DNA of 64,000 nt from Azolla caroliniana (GCA_043228905.1 JBHGNT010000012.1:20584001-20648000); one strand, 5' to 3'; counted from the stretch's first letter, positions 10,800 to 24,626 are shown. Notes: generated from the sequence alone by a model not told the origin. A program made the numbers and translations.

Positions 10800-13219
10800 C
10801 AGTAATTGGCAGTAATTAGCTCCAATTCAAGAGCCCCTTCACTGAGTAATTGTTCTTGTCCTCAATTGTGGCCCCTTCTTTAGCCTTTTTCTAGCCGGTT
10901 GCCCATTTAGTCCTACTTCTTTCACCCATTGTGCAAGTGTGTCCTCCTCCGACAACCTTTCTATCACCTCAACAACAGCTTGCACGCCAGTCGCGTCTTG
11001 CACTAGCTTTTCAAGTACAGTGGGATCTGGTGGGACATCATCAGCAATTGAGCTCAGTGGGGTTGAATCAAGCATTGTAGCTAATTAGCTGATACACTAT
11101 AGGCTGGCAGTAGCTAATTAGCCACTACACTTTATACCGCTTTGCTAATTACCTACGTTGTAGCTAATTAGCTACGACACTACTGAACCATAACAACTAA
11201 ATAGCTACCACACTTTATACAACTTAGCTAATTAGCTAAGATGTAACTAATTATCTACTACATTATAAAGACAAGCAACAATTTTACCTATCAGTTTTCT
11301 GCACTCATTTGGGAGAGTTGTATTGCAATCCCCCAAACAGACTACAGCAATGCAACAGGCATATTGAAAACAAACGATATGGTATGTGTGCTAGCAAGGT
11401 CGTAGGTATACCAACAAAGTAGCAACTTTGTCCTCTACGCCTAAGCTGCAAGCGATGCAACGTGCTTGAACAGTCAATATATTGTTGCATGGTTCTCCTT
11501 CGTTTGGTAAGGAAGCAAGAATGTTGAGGTCCAATTCTTGTGTACTCCCTACCATCCCCTCTTCAAAATGTAGTTGCATCTTAAGGCAGCTAAGTACCTG
11601 TTCTTGACGGGAGTATTGTTTTTAGAACACATGCGAGAAATTTACCGATTTATCATACTTTAATGAGGAAGGTAGAACAACAAGAAACAAGAATCATTAA
11701 CTTACTTGGAGGTTCTCCAAATTGTAATCAGCGATAGTATTTACACCTAGAAGGTTCAAGTTCATTAAAAGAACCTAAATCTTTGTCTGTAGTTGTATTT
11801 TCCAATGGCGATCCAACGGACCCTCAATTTCGAGCTCATATTGAGCAACCTATTCCACATAATGCCTCACTAAGCACATTTTCATGTACAAGTTATTTAT
11901 AACATGTTACATACTAGCAAAACAATAGCTACCTGAATCTTATTTATTATTGTTATCACTACCAAAGTGACTTTGCTCACCATCACAGTTGCCAATGTTG
12001 CTTTCTCTAAATCAGTCTTTGTTGCCTCCAATGTCTCACAGGCTTCATGGACATTTTTCAACATATAGCTAATCAATGTCTCACCTGTGTCATCGACATT
12101 GGCTTTCATTGTGTTTCGGTGTGGTGTATACTTGCGGGTTTGTTGGGGGTCGGCAGTTGCATCATCTACCGATGCCTCATCATAAATAGCCCTAGCCACC
12201 TTGTACATTTCAGGGTCTGTTGATTCCTTCGTTGTTTTGCAATACTCATATGCAAAAGCTCTAGCGAATGCAATAGACAACTTGTTGTTGACCGGGATCT
12301 CTTGATTTACTTTCTGGTGGAGCCTTATACAATCGTCAGACAACTCCGATCGTACATGCTTGAGCTTCACCTTGCCTTTCACTCTCGGCACTTTATAGAT
12401 TGACGACCAGTCTACATCACTAATCAATTTATCTGTTAGAACAACAATGTCAATACCCTCTAGCGACAGAACATATATGTTGTTAAAGTTCTCCTTTGTC
12501 TCACAAAACTTTGCAAAGTTTAGCACTCTAGGATATGGAGGGACGAGCCACCTGAAATAAAAAATCAATATATGTTACCTCTGCTCTACTCAGACATGTG
12601 TATTTAGAACCGTAATTGGTAGGGAAGAATCAAAAACAAAAAATCAGCCACATTCACCCAAATCCTAAATCAAGTTTGGGGGAAGTTTGTAAACACATAA
12701 CCATTGAAATCAGAAATGTGAATTGGTACAAAATTCCAACACTAAATCTAAAAATTTTAACAGTAATAAAAAATCAACTGCTTAAAAAAGCAGAAACCCT
12801 ATTTAGAAGCCTTAATCTAAAACCCTAATCAGAAATCAGCCGCTTAAGGAAATCAAAAACCCTAATCTGAAATATGTATGAAATCAACCCTAATCATAAT
12901 TGGTAGGGAAGAATCAAAAATAAAAAATCAGCCACATTCATCCAAATCCTAAATCAAGTTTGGGGGAAGTTTGCGGACACAACCATTGAAATAAAAAATG
13001 TGAATTGGTGCAAAATTCCAAAACTTAATCTAAAATTTTCAACAGTAATAAAAAATCAACCACTTAAAAAATCAGAAACCTTAAAAAGAAACCCTAATCA
13101 GAAATCAACCGCTTAAGGAAATCAGAAACCCTAATTTGAAATATGTATGAAATCAACCCTAATCAGATTTTTTGTCAATCAGAAACACACCTGTTGTTAC
13201 ACCCCGATCTTCGAGACAT
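10800..13219 (-). pseudogene. Cargo gene of copy A (unknown domain + RING-like), spliced and decayed
   Basis: MSRRSGCNNR|WLVPPYPRVLNFAKFC... has the same exon and intron positions as the 55612-59539 gene. CIAC..PC.H remnant at ~11340-11460. Confidence 0.75.
12555..13190. repeat. Intronic AAACCCTAAT (telo-box-like) repeats with a ~284-bp tandem duplication
   Basis: Recurrent gaaaccctaatc; the block taattggtagggaagaatcaaaa starts at ~12613 and again at ~12897. Confidence 0.7.
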
Positions 13220-14599
13220 CCTTGTTTGGGACTCCAATGACTTCGTCGTAATCGTTTTTTATAAAAGATGAACAAGCAACAAAGTTATCGTTATTAGAAA
13301 GGAAATTAATTAATTAATTAATGTGTAACTGATACATACCTGGACGAGGATCGAACTGGTGGTGTGTTGTAGCTCTGAAGGTGCAATGTCGATATCAAAG
13401 ATTTTGTGCTGCTGCGGAAGCTTTGTCTATGTTTGTGCTCAAAGTACTCTATCTGTTTGGATTTCGAACTCAAACTGAGGATTAACAGGAATTTGGTGAC
13501 ATTCAAGTCGAGTTTAGATGAGGGCACTGTTCCCCAAGTTCCACTACGTCAAAAACCAAAGTTCAAATTTTAATCAATAAAGCATAAAATTTATTAATAA
13601 AGCATAAAATTTTGTAAATGATCCTTATGATTTGCCCACAAAAAACGAGCTAAATAGCTATGGCCATTTTAGCAGCTAATTAGCTATAATAGTGTTTCCA
13701 CTCGCATGCTTTTACCCCCCTACCTCTTGGGATCAAGGAGTCGTCCTCCTTGTAGCCTATCCACTTCTCTGTTGTCGACCTTTGATTAGCAACTACCCCA
13801 AGCAATAGAGTATTCATAATTCAGATCTCACAATCCATCCGCCCCTAATTTTGTGGAGTATATTGGCTTGATCTTGTAGTGGCAATGACATAAACCGTCT
13901 CCAACTAAACCACACAAATTTTCCTTTTTTCTAGTACCATAATATATTAATTCTTGAAGATCTCTCTATGTTGAGCCTGATTGAGCACCCATATTTTGTA
14001 TCACCTTCAACTCCTCCTTTGACAACCATTTGTTAAGTTCTTAATTGTTAAAGCAATCCAATTACATATATGATGTTGAAATGGAAGAGAAGTTATTCTT
14101 TGGCACATTTTCTTTTGAACATGCTACCTCCAAATTAGCAATAGTTTGTTGTGTTTTAGATTCTATTATTGCTATTAAATTCAACAATACTTACTTGTAG
14201 TTATATGAAAGTGTCACCTTTACATCAAAGATGACAATAACTTTTCATGCTTCATATCCAAGATTTCGACTTGAGAGGTTCCCTAATACTTAAATTGTTT
14301 GTACTTGAGAAGCCTCTATGGTATGTTCGTTGGTGATGGGTAAAGTATTATTCGTCAACCTCTTTGTGACCTTGACATGCATATGCAAATCTATGTGCAA
14401 ACATCGTCCAAACTTCAATGTTTATGATTTGTTGCATATTATACAATTTTTTGAAAGTGTGTTGTAGCTCCTTTAAATTGCTTATGTGAAATTAGCTCCT
14501 TGTTTTTTACTTTAATAACTCTCATGTTTCATCATCCATTCTTTTAGTTATTCATAGTTGTCAAAATGTGCACGAGTGAAAAAAAACTTTTTTACCTCG

Positions 14600-17500
14600 A
14601 TGAACCTTACCAAAAGTATCAGGAAGTCACCTCCGTCAAATTTCTTCACGAATACACAGTGGTCGGCCTACATCTTGTGGTATCCCTGATCAGTCATGAA
14701 GGAGTCGAACTTCCGGTACCATTGCCGGGGAGCTTGCTTCAGTCCAGATAAGCTCTTCTTCAACTGGCACACCAAGTGCTCCTTCCCTTTCTTGACAAAC
14801 CCCTCTGGCTATTGCATGTAGATCTCTTCTTCGAGGTGACCGTGCAGGAACGCCATCTTGACGTCTAGGTGCTCGACCTCGAGGTCCATGCTTGCCGTTA
14901 TGCTCAACACAGTTCGGATTGATGTCATCTTTACTACCGGGGCAAAGATCTCATCAAAGTCCACTCCCTTCTTCTGCTGGAAATCCTTCACCATGATCCA
15001 GGCTTTGTATCTCGGTGGATTTCTGGTGTCTCCCTGTTTCAGTTTGTACACCCACTTCTTCCGGAGCGCACTCTTTCCTTTCGGCAGCTCCATTAGTTCA
15101 TATGTGTGGTTCTCATGCAAGGAATGCATCTCATCCTACATGGCACTCAACCATTTGCGGTTGTGATTGTCTTTCATTGCTTCTTCGAAGCTTTCTGGCT
15201 CCCCTTCTTCAGTTAGTAAAACGTGCTCTGCATCCGGAAATCTCAGGGGGGCCTTTCTCTCTCTAAGAGCATATCTCCGAACTTGGTTTCCGACCACCGG
15301 CTTCTCCGTCTGTTCTTCATCCAAATCCGATTAGGGGTCCTGTCTTATTCGGGTGTCCAATTCGTCTTCGCTCGGTCCGGTTTCTTGTTTGAATCTAGTC
15401 GGTTCATCATGGTCTTCAGCTGATATCCAGCTTCCGATAGGATGTATCCTTGCATCTTGCACCCAATCTTTATCAGTCAACCCGGAGTTCACTATCTTCT
15501 TCTCCGACTCCCAGTCGGCAATGGTCTCGACTCCGGAAAACCTTCTTGTTGACCAAGTCTCACACTCGGTAGCCGAACTCATCATCATTATTTCCAAGGA
15601 ATATGTATGGACAGAACTTCGGATCCAATTTCACTCTCTTGTCCTTTGCAACATGCACGTCAGCAAGACAACTGAACACCTTCAGATGCCGGTAAGACAC
15701 ATCTTTACCGGTCCATACTCTCTATGGTATGTCTCCGTCCAAGGGTGCTAAGGATGATCGATTTATCACATAGGTCATCGTCATCAGCACCTCATCCCAA
15801 AACTTCTTGGACAACTTAGCATGTGCCAGCATGCTCTGGACTCTCTCCATCACAGTCTAGTTCATCCTTTCAGCCAATCCATTCAACTCCGGTGTCTTCG
15901 GCACGATAAATTCAAGCCAGATTCCCTTCAACCGGCAGTACTCCTTGAACTACCCCTGGTATTCGCCTTCGTTGTTTGCTCGAACCGCCTTCAGCTTTCA
16001 GACAGTTTCTCTTTCCACTCTCGCGTGGAACTCCTTGAAGACAATTACTACCTAATCCTTCGTCTTCAATGGTGAGACCCACAACTTCCGGTTGTGATCA
16101 TCTATGAACTTCACGAAGTACTGCAATCCGGCATCTGACTTCGTGTCCACTTGGCATACATCGGTACGCACAAGTTCCAGCGGTGCATTCCATCTCATCA
16201 ATGGTCTTGTTCGAAAGGAGGTTTGGTTTTGCTTGCCGGCCAAGCAGTCAGTGCATCTCTCAAGATACACGTCTTTCACCTCCGGAATGAGGTCGTCCTC
16301 GGCAAGTCTCCGCATTCCCATCTAGCTCATGTGAAACAACCTCTTATGCCATAGCTCACCGGCAGTGTCTCCTGGCAAATCCGGGCATGCATTAGGTACA
16401 TAGTGTTGATCTTCCGGGATGGGCCATGATCAGGCTTCCTTTGCTGAACTTCATGACTCCATTTCGGATGCTACTTGTGTAGCCTTCATCATCCAATTGA
16501 CTAGCTGATATTAGGTTCAACCGAACCTCCGGAACGTGTCGAACATCTTTCAACAACAATTTGCACTCGGTTGACGTCGTCAACCACACATCTCCTATGC
16601 CGACAATTCAACATGCACCTTCATTTCCCATCCGGACATACTCGTGATCTCCGGCTCTATACAATGAGAAGCATTTCTGATCGAGGGCTAGATGGAACGA
16701 CGCTCCGGAGTTTACCACCCATGTCGTCTTGTCGTTGTTAAGGTGCAGCTCATTTTCATCGCAGATGAGAAGCAATTCTTTTTCACTTGTCACGATTACC
16801 GACGTTCCTTTTCAATCTGAACTTCTCCGGTTCGGGCCCTTCTTTGAGTTGGCATTGTCGGTTCCTTTCTCTTTCTAGAAGTGTTGGCAATTCTTTTGGA
16901 AGTGCCTCGGCTTCCCATAGTAGAAGCACATAGGCCTTCCCCTTGACTTTGACCTTGTCCCCGATTTGTCTCGGTTCTGGGGACTCCGATTCCGGCCTCT
17001 TCCCCGGTTATAGTCATCTTCTGTGAACAAGGCCTTCGGATCGGTTCCAGACTCTTGGTCCTTCCGGCGTGCTTCTTCATCTAGCAAGCTTGATTTTACC
17101 CTTGCTAGGGACAGATGTTTTCCTTCCGGCCCGACGATGTCCAAAGTGACAACCAACGTCTCCTAGCTATCTGGAGGGAACCGAGCAAGAGCAATGTGAG
17201 TACCTCGTCGACTAGAGGTACTTCCAACGAGGTTGTTTGGTTTATCAGCCCTTGGAAGGCATTCATGTGCCCCGCCATACTAGATCTATCTTGGTATCAG
17301 AGTCTCACTAACTTCTAGAATACAGAGATCCGATTCACAACATTTTTGCTCTCTAGCATGGTATTGATTTTCTCCCAGAGCACATGAGCCTTACGCTCTT
17401 CATTAAAGTTGTTGTACAAGCTCATGTTGATGAAGCATCGAATGTTTGCCCTCATCTTCATATGCATCACCTCCCAGTTCGCGGCATCGATCTTGTCCGG

Positions 17501-17730
17501 TCTTTTGTCTCCAAACTGTATCGGCAGCCAGAGATCTTTGACCACCAACATGTCCATCATCTTCAACTTCCACAATAGGTATGTTTGTTGAGAGGAAGTA
17601 GCAGTATGTTCGACTTCCACAATAGACTCCAACTGTCACTATGAGAGGAAGGGTACAATAAGAGACTCAGAAGCAACGACCTCAAGCTCTAGGTTCGCCA
17701 ACCGGCGATGACAACAGAGAACTTTCTGTA

Positions 17731-17773
<43 letters not shown>

Positions 17774-18006
17774 TTGTACAACGATAATGATAACTCTATT
17801 ATAATAATGATCACAACAATAACAGTATTGCCCTAGTTATATTTATACTTATATAACTTTGGGGCTATTTACAAATATGACCTCAACGGCCACGTTTGAA
17901 CATATTTACTAATATGTTCCTATTTGTTGGTTCATAACGGATCCAGCCAAACTCCTTCCAAATCCATCGAATCCAGATCCCATCCGGAGGGACCTATTTC
18001 CCAACA
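14600..18006 (-). mobile_element. Decayed Ty1/copia: 5' LTR remnant (~17650-18006), gag, protease, integrase, RT truncated just before YVDD
   Basis: WKLKMMDMLVVKDLW, CFYYGKPRHFQKNC, WVVNSGASFH, LELVRTDVC, HLDVKMAFLHG. The LTR end is cccaaca. Confidence 0.85.
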
Positions 18007-18049
18007 TTAAATTTACCCTTTATTTCTATTTACAATTTTCTTATGTGTA

Positions 18050-18390
18050 TGTGCAAGTCATTGCACATCCTCATTCTCGCATGTTCCACTCGATTTTCCC
18101 ACCGTTGCTGGAAATCTTCACAACAATGTACTTCTCTTGTGACAGCCACAATTACCTCTTTCTCTAGTCCTGGACAATGTGCATCCCTAGGATTCGCCTT
18201 GACTAACCCATATCCTTCATTGAGAAAGACTTGCTCAAAGCCTTCTTCAGCATTCCGAGCTTGATATGGCCTCGTTTGACAATCAACATGTTGTCCACGT
18301 ACAGTAAGAGAATGAGGAAGTCTCCTTCGTCGAAGTTCTTTGCAAGCACGTAGTGATCGGCCTGCCTTTTGTGGTACCCTTAGTCGTGTT
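18050..18390 (-). pseudogene. Copia RT fragment
   Basis: Minus strand reads DHYVLAKNFDEGDFLILLLYVDNMLIV (YVDD motif). Confidence 0.7.
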
Positions 18391-18409
18391 GGACTTTAGA
18401 GTATAATCC

Positions 18410-18929
18410 AGAGGAGAAGTGTGGACGGGGAAAAGATGGATCGGATGAATATTATGTAAATAGTAGTTATTAATTAAGGAAAGGATGGATCTGAATAGTT
18501 GTACCGATTCAGATCCGCACCGATTAGTAGCCAGTAGCCGATAAGGCATTGTTTTGTAATCTGTATTGGATGCCTATCAAAGGATCCGGATTGATGTATA
18601 AATCTTACGGAAGTAATAGAAGTTAAGTGTTTTTGCTTTTAATCTTATTGTATCTTGTTTACTTGCCTCTATGCTATAATTATAAATCCTACTTGTGTAA
18701 TAAAGATTTGAATAAGTGTGTGATTCCGGAAGGCATCTGGAAAGTAACCGGACAATGTTAAGGGAATAAGATCCGAATTATCATCCATATCTCTGACCAC
18801 CCCTTTGGAGACGTGTTCGGAAGGACACCCTCTGTTTGTGGCTAGTCTGGCCCAGGATAAGAATCCTTGGAGTGTTGATCGATTTGTCATCAAGATGAGC
18901 GCTAAGCCGGATAGTCCTCTTCTATAAAA
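18410..18929 (+). repeat. Probable PPT plus partial copia LTR (U3 up to the TATA box)
   Basis: AGAGGAGAAG followed by TGTGGA..., with CCGG/GGAT-rich U3-like sequence ending in CTATAAAA. No 3' end is visible. Confidence 0.4.
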
Positions 18930-20870
18930 ATGGCACAATCCTCAACTCCTACCAACATTCTCAACACACAGAAACTTTCATTAGTAAAGTTAAGAAAGCA
19001 AAACTATCGAATTTGGAGTGCTCGACTTAAATTATTACTCCAACACTACAAACTTTCGAATGTAGTATCTAGATTATCAACAAAACCTGATGCCCCTAGA
19101 CCTAATCGAATTATTTGGGAAGAGAAAGACCTTGTGGCAAAGATGGAATTGTTAGCGCATATATCAAATGTTCAAGGGGAAGCAGTCAGAAAACTACAAA
19201 CTTCACATCAAATTTGGGAAAAATTAAAGACACAATACGAACCAAAGACCGATGCAGCACAAGTGCACACACTACGTGCATATGTCACATTAACAACGAA
19301 AGAAGAATATGTTGTAGATAACTTCCTAGCAACTTGGGAAAAGAAACTGGATGATACAATCACCTTGGGTTTGGAAGTTTTTGACAAATTACAAAGATGT
19401 TTATTATTAGGTGTTTTGCCCTCATCTTGGTCATCTTTTGTAACTACACAAAAAAAAATTTAAAAAGCAATTGTGGAAGATCTCATGGGAGACATAAGAC
19501 AAGAAGAGTCGATGAGAAAGACAAGGGAAGAAAACACATCGACACAAGCAATCGCTATGGCAGCATATCGAACTCATTACAAAACACCACCAAGATACAA
19601 GAGTTTCAAGAGCCAATGGACTAATGCACCTATGACTAAAGGAGGAATGAAGTTCAGTAAGTCTTATTGCATCATTTGCAAAAGACCAGGCCACACATCA
19701 CAAGAATGTAAAGCAAAACAAAAGATTCAAAGATTACCAAGCAACATTCGTCGACCACAAGTGCACATTGTAGAAGAATTCGAGGAAGAGAGAAATGAAG
19801 ATGAAGAAGAAGAGGTTTATGTCGCCTTGATGGAAGAAAAGGATGAATATGAAGAAGAAGGTTACAACGACTTGATGCAAGTTTTCATGGCTGAAGCACT
19901 TGTCGTGGATATACCAACAAAGAAGGATGACAAATGGTATCTCGACACCGGACCAACGAATCATCTCACACATCGATCAGATTAGCTTCAAAGGTACACA
20001 CCTCTAATAAATCCAATAACTATTAGATTTGGAAATAATGGAGTAAGACAAGCATTAGGCAAAGGCCAACTTATATTTCATCTCCCCGGAGGAGGAAACT
20101 TCACCATCAATGATGTGTACCACATGCCTAGTATCACCAAGAACCTCCTCTCGATAAGTCAAGCAACTTCAAATGGAACCATCATCGAGTTTCATCATAA
20201 CCAAGTCATGATTCGTCATCTTCTACCAAATGGTCTCACAATATGAACTTCCTGCAAAAGACAAGGAGGGTTATATCCAATTAGTGTACATCCAACAACC
20301 CAATCAAAAATCGAAGTTCACACAATCGAAATCAAAAGACAATAGAACTCACCTTACTTTGGCATTACCAACTCGGACATCCACACCTTGTTGCAATGCG
20401 AACACTACAAACTCACAAGCTCACTCGAGTCCCAAAGGATATGTTTTACAAAATTGACTTATGTGAGGTGTGCTTGTTTGGCAAAATGGCATCATCAAAG
20501 TTTCCTACAAGTAATTCATGAACAGTCGACCTCTTGAACTCGTCCATATTGACATATGTGGTCTATTCCCAACTCAATCACTTTTTAAATCAAAATATTT
20601 CATTAGTTTCCTTGATGATTATACAAGGTTTATGATACTAATATTCCTCAAAAGCAAAGACCAAGCTTTCACTGCTTTTACAAACTACAAATCACTAACA
20701 AAAAAGGAACTAAATCTACAATTGAAATGTCTACAATATGATGGAGGAAAATAATATACATCTAACAAGTTTACAAAATTTTGTAAAGACCATGGAATTT
20801 TACAACAAATTTCTGTTCCTTCAACACCACAACAAAGTGGTCTAGCCAAACAAAAGAATCGAAGTCACCT
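18930..20870 (+). pseudogene. Decayed Ty1/copia gag-protease-integrase
   Basis: KLRKQNYRIW, zinc knuckle CIICKRPGHTSQEC, WYLDTGPTNHLT, PLELVHIDICG..YFISFLDDYTR. Confidence 0.85.
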
Positions 20871-21491
20871 TTTCTTGAATCCACAACACCAACACATATT
20901 AACCTTAAAAATGATACTCATGAAGGAGGTGAACAATTAGAAGATGATGTCGCCACAGTTCGCCAATCTCAGAACAACGTTGTTGTTGACGTACGCCGCC
21001 CTCCAAACAGAACCGCCACCATCGACTTTTGCCGCCAACAGAACCACTACTGACTTCCATCGTCGCCATCTCCCGTCAACAGAACATCGTTGTTGTTGAT
21101 GACCACCACCTCCCAAACAACACCGCCACCGATGCCACCTTTTTCCACCAACATAGATGCGTTGATAATGATAATTTCCACCCTTCAAAAAGAATTGTCA
21201 TTGGCCACCAACAAAAGAATGTTGTTGTTGTTATAGCCGCCAACAATCGATCGAAGAAAGTTGCCAAGATCATTGTCACCTCTCCCTTTGATGACCTCCC
21301 CGCTACTATAGATCGTTATGTGGTAATTCCTCGCCCTTTTATTCATGTTGATCAGCCACTACCTTTACCCATTGCATCTCCTTCGATCTCTCTTGCACCT
21401 CAATCCCTTGCATCTCCTCTCATCTCTTCTACTCCAAGAACTACTCCTGTTCGACTCCGTCTGCATAAAAAACCAACATTAAAATTTAAAG

Positions 21492-23523
21492 TTAGACGTT
21501 TGACTCCGCTATCAACCGTTCAAGTCCGACTTGAGACATATGGCCGAGTCGGCCATACCATAGGTTCGGGTCAATCTTTTTAGCTACGTTCACGGCCCCT
21601 TCTAGATTGATCGCCATCATTGGATACAAGTTGTTATACTTGTGTCTGCTTCCTATTTTCAAGTTTCCACAGCTGATCATCCATGTCGACTCATTGAGAG
21701 TCGTTTGGTACCCGTCTTTGGCTAACATGTCAATGGAGACCCGACTCCTTTTTAGTGCGAGTATGTGCCAGACTTAGTGCACGATAATTGTTGCCATTTG
21801 ACAATTGAATGGGTACTTCGCCTACTCCTACTATTTTGCATTCTTGCCCGTTGCGTAGTCTAACTATGCCACTAGCGACGGCCAAATAGTTCGAAAACCA
21901 TTTGATGTTTGGGCACGTGGAATGTGGTGCTGGAGTCCAACAACCACGTATGTGCGTCTTACGCACTGTAGAGGACTTCTCCGATCATCAATTCCTCTAA
22001 GGAGATGATTTCTCTCAAACAAGTATCGGCAACATTGACTTGGTTGCCGACTGGAGAGTGATTCGAGTAGGATTGTCCTCGATTCCGCTCGGATCTCCGA
22101 CCACTCTCTTTCCTCTTGATCGACCAGTTGTCGGAAATGTTGTGATTGGCTTTTTTGCAATGGGTGCAGAAGTCACCTGGTTGGTTATTTCTCAACTTCG
22201 ACCGTTGTCGGTCTCCCCTCTTTCTCAACCGATTGGTGTTCCGACTGGTTCTGTCGGCTTGTTCTCTCGATTGACTCAGTTGAGTGATACGCTTCTGCCG
22301 ACTCATCGATGGTGAGTGCCATCGATTTTCGCCAAATGTCCTCTGTGAGGACTTGGCTGACAGTTTCCTCTAGATTTAGATTTGGTCGGATGTTGGCGAA
22401 TGTCGTGCATAATACCACCCAAATCTCCGGCAAGCTCGATAGGAGGGCAAGGGCTTTAACTTCTTCTTCGAAGTTAATCCCTTGGGAGGAGAGTTTCGGA
22501 AACACTCGGCTGAAGGTGTTGATGTGGGAGGTTGCAGGATCCGACTCTCTCATCTTCATATTGAATAGTTATCGATGTTGGCGAATGTCGTGCATAATAC
22601 CACCCAAATCTCCGGCAAGGTCGGATGTTGGCGAATGTCGTGCATAATACCACCCAAATCTCCGGCAAGCTCGATAGGAGGGCAAGGGCTTTAACTTCTT
22701 CTTCGAAGTTAATCCCTTGGGAGGAGAGTTTCGGAAACACTCGGCTGAAGGTGTTGATGTGGGAGGTTGCAGGATCCGACTCTCTCATCTTCATATTGAA
22801 TAGTTATCGAATCAATATGAGTTTCAAAGAGGAGGACTTATTTTCGTACACTGCTACTTCTCCCATAATGAGAATGTTGTTGTCTCCTTGGCCATGCTGA
22901 AATAGACGTTTTCGGCCAAATGCACTCGGATGGTGGAGCACATGATTTCGTCTATGGATCTCCACTCTTCGGCTATCATCGACGCAGGTTTTTCACTGTG
23001 TCGAATGGCTTGAACCTGTCTTCTGATGATCAACACATCCTACATCATCTCCTTCCACAAGGCAAAATTTTTGCCATTGGATTTTCAGATTTCAACTCCT
23101 GTTCTAGATGTTGAAGCCATATTCTTTTTTGAAAGTGAGATGTTTTACTGACCTTGTCTTCTTTTTCAGCTTTCTCTGATTCTTTTGTTGTCGTCGAATA
23201 GTGGGTCGCTCTGATACCAGTTGATGGATATGATGTTCGATATGTATGCGGAAGTATGAGAACCTATAGATAGAAGTGCATAGCAAATAACACTGAAAAT
23301 ATAGCAAGAGAATAGATGGAATCATAGACATAACTTTAAGCTTTAATGGAAGCTTTCTCTATTTCTGTTCTCTCTCTCTCTCAGAGACTCAAGATACAAG
23401 AAGTAGTCAAGGAGCTGTCGCGGTTACAATGTTAGGTTATTGCTTATATACTAAGCCCTAACTATTTGGACATGCTCACACACTAGGATACAAAGTGGAA
23501 GGATTCGGCCTTTTATGCCAACA
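21492..23523 (-). mobile_element. Truncated copia: 5' LTR 23222-23523, PBS-iMet 23208-23219, gag, protease, GAG-pre-integrase
   Basis: TGGTATCAGAGC PBS; TIRVHLAENVYF; CTHCKKANH; LWYGRLGHMS. Related to the copia at 5083. Confidence 0.85.
22384..22810. repeat. Exact internal duplication in gag (~190 bp + 44 bp + ~190 bp)
   Basis: The block gtcggatgttggcgaatg...tagttatcga is present twice, separated by a partial third copy. Confidence 0.85.
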
Positions 23524-24626
23524 CATATATGTTACTATAATGGTTAAAGGTTAACACATAGACCAAGAAGTTGTGGGTTCAAATCCTTGTAAGCCAAAGT
23601 GTATGTCCTCATGACATTGGGAAGACCTCTAAACTCATTCTTAAGTGAAGTAGTATCTTTCACGACTTATTTCCTGGCAGTAAACCTCACACTATAAATT
23701 TTGCCAATAGTGCCTTACATTGCATCAGAGGATCTACCAAACCTAAAACCCCTTCAGAGGTCGACGCTATAATAGTTTTCCAAGCTACCTTCGGTCTAAC
23801 ATTCTTAAATCAGTAGAACCCCATAAGAAATTTCTAATCAACCTTTGTGACTTTGACAACAAAGATCTGGAGAATAACCAAGAGGGCAAAATATACCACA
23901 ATGACGAGAGTAATACTTTATTAGAAATAACTAGCCTCCCCACTAGTGACAAATTCTTAGAACTCCATAATGCAATTATAAATTACTCTAATTACAACAA
24001 ATTTGGATTAATCCAACTAACAATATACATGGATTAAATCGCTTTTACAAAAGGTGGATGGAGTAAATAACAATATTACAAAAAAGAGGGAGCAACATCG
24101 GAATGGGTTAAATGAAAGTAGCTTCAAGTTTCGATGGCACAAGCTCACGAACAATGATCGCCTCCATTTTTGCCATCATGGATTATTTCCATTCCCTTAT
24201 TTTTCTCCTTCTTGGACACTTTTAGCTACTATCGTTTATGTTACCTTCATCCAATCCAACACAAACATAAGACCAAACCTTTTACGAGCATGACCATAAA
24301 ATATCCCGTGGTAAATTGTACTGTAGTATTTACACACGAGGATAACTTACCATGGGATATTATATGGTTATGCCCTTAATACAACCCTAGAGAAAAAAGA
24401 AGTTGGAAAGAAGTGGCCCAATATCCACTCTCCCACTCAAAACTCAAAGATACCCTAATATGGTGACGAAGAAGGAATTAAAGAAGAAGACAAAAATACT
24501 ACCCAAACCCTAATACACAAGAGGAGGAAGAAAAAACTCCTCTCTAAGAACACAAAAGAAAACCAAAAATAAAAAGCTCCCCCAAAAATGACAAACCCCC
24601 TTTTTTGTCTCTCTCCCTTGCCTTCA

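Larger units (their letters stand above)
8128..13717 (+). mobile_element. Sola2-type DNA transposon, copy A (internally deleted, left TIR lost), inverted relative to copy B
   Basis: Ends in GTTTCCACTCGCATGCTTTTACCC (13694-13717), the reverse complement of the 55133 TIR. Colinear homology to 55133-63881 covers the subterminal repeats, transposase 5' end and cargo exons. The left boundary is approximate. Confidence 0.8.

Noticed and set aside
13720-14590. Possible decayed coding remnant on the minus strand
   Set aside because: No diagnostic motif could be read, so it is left unassigned.
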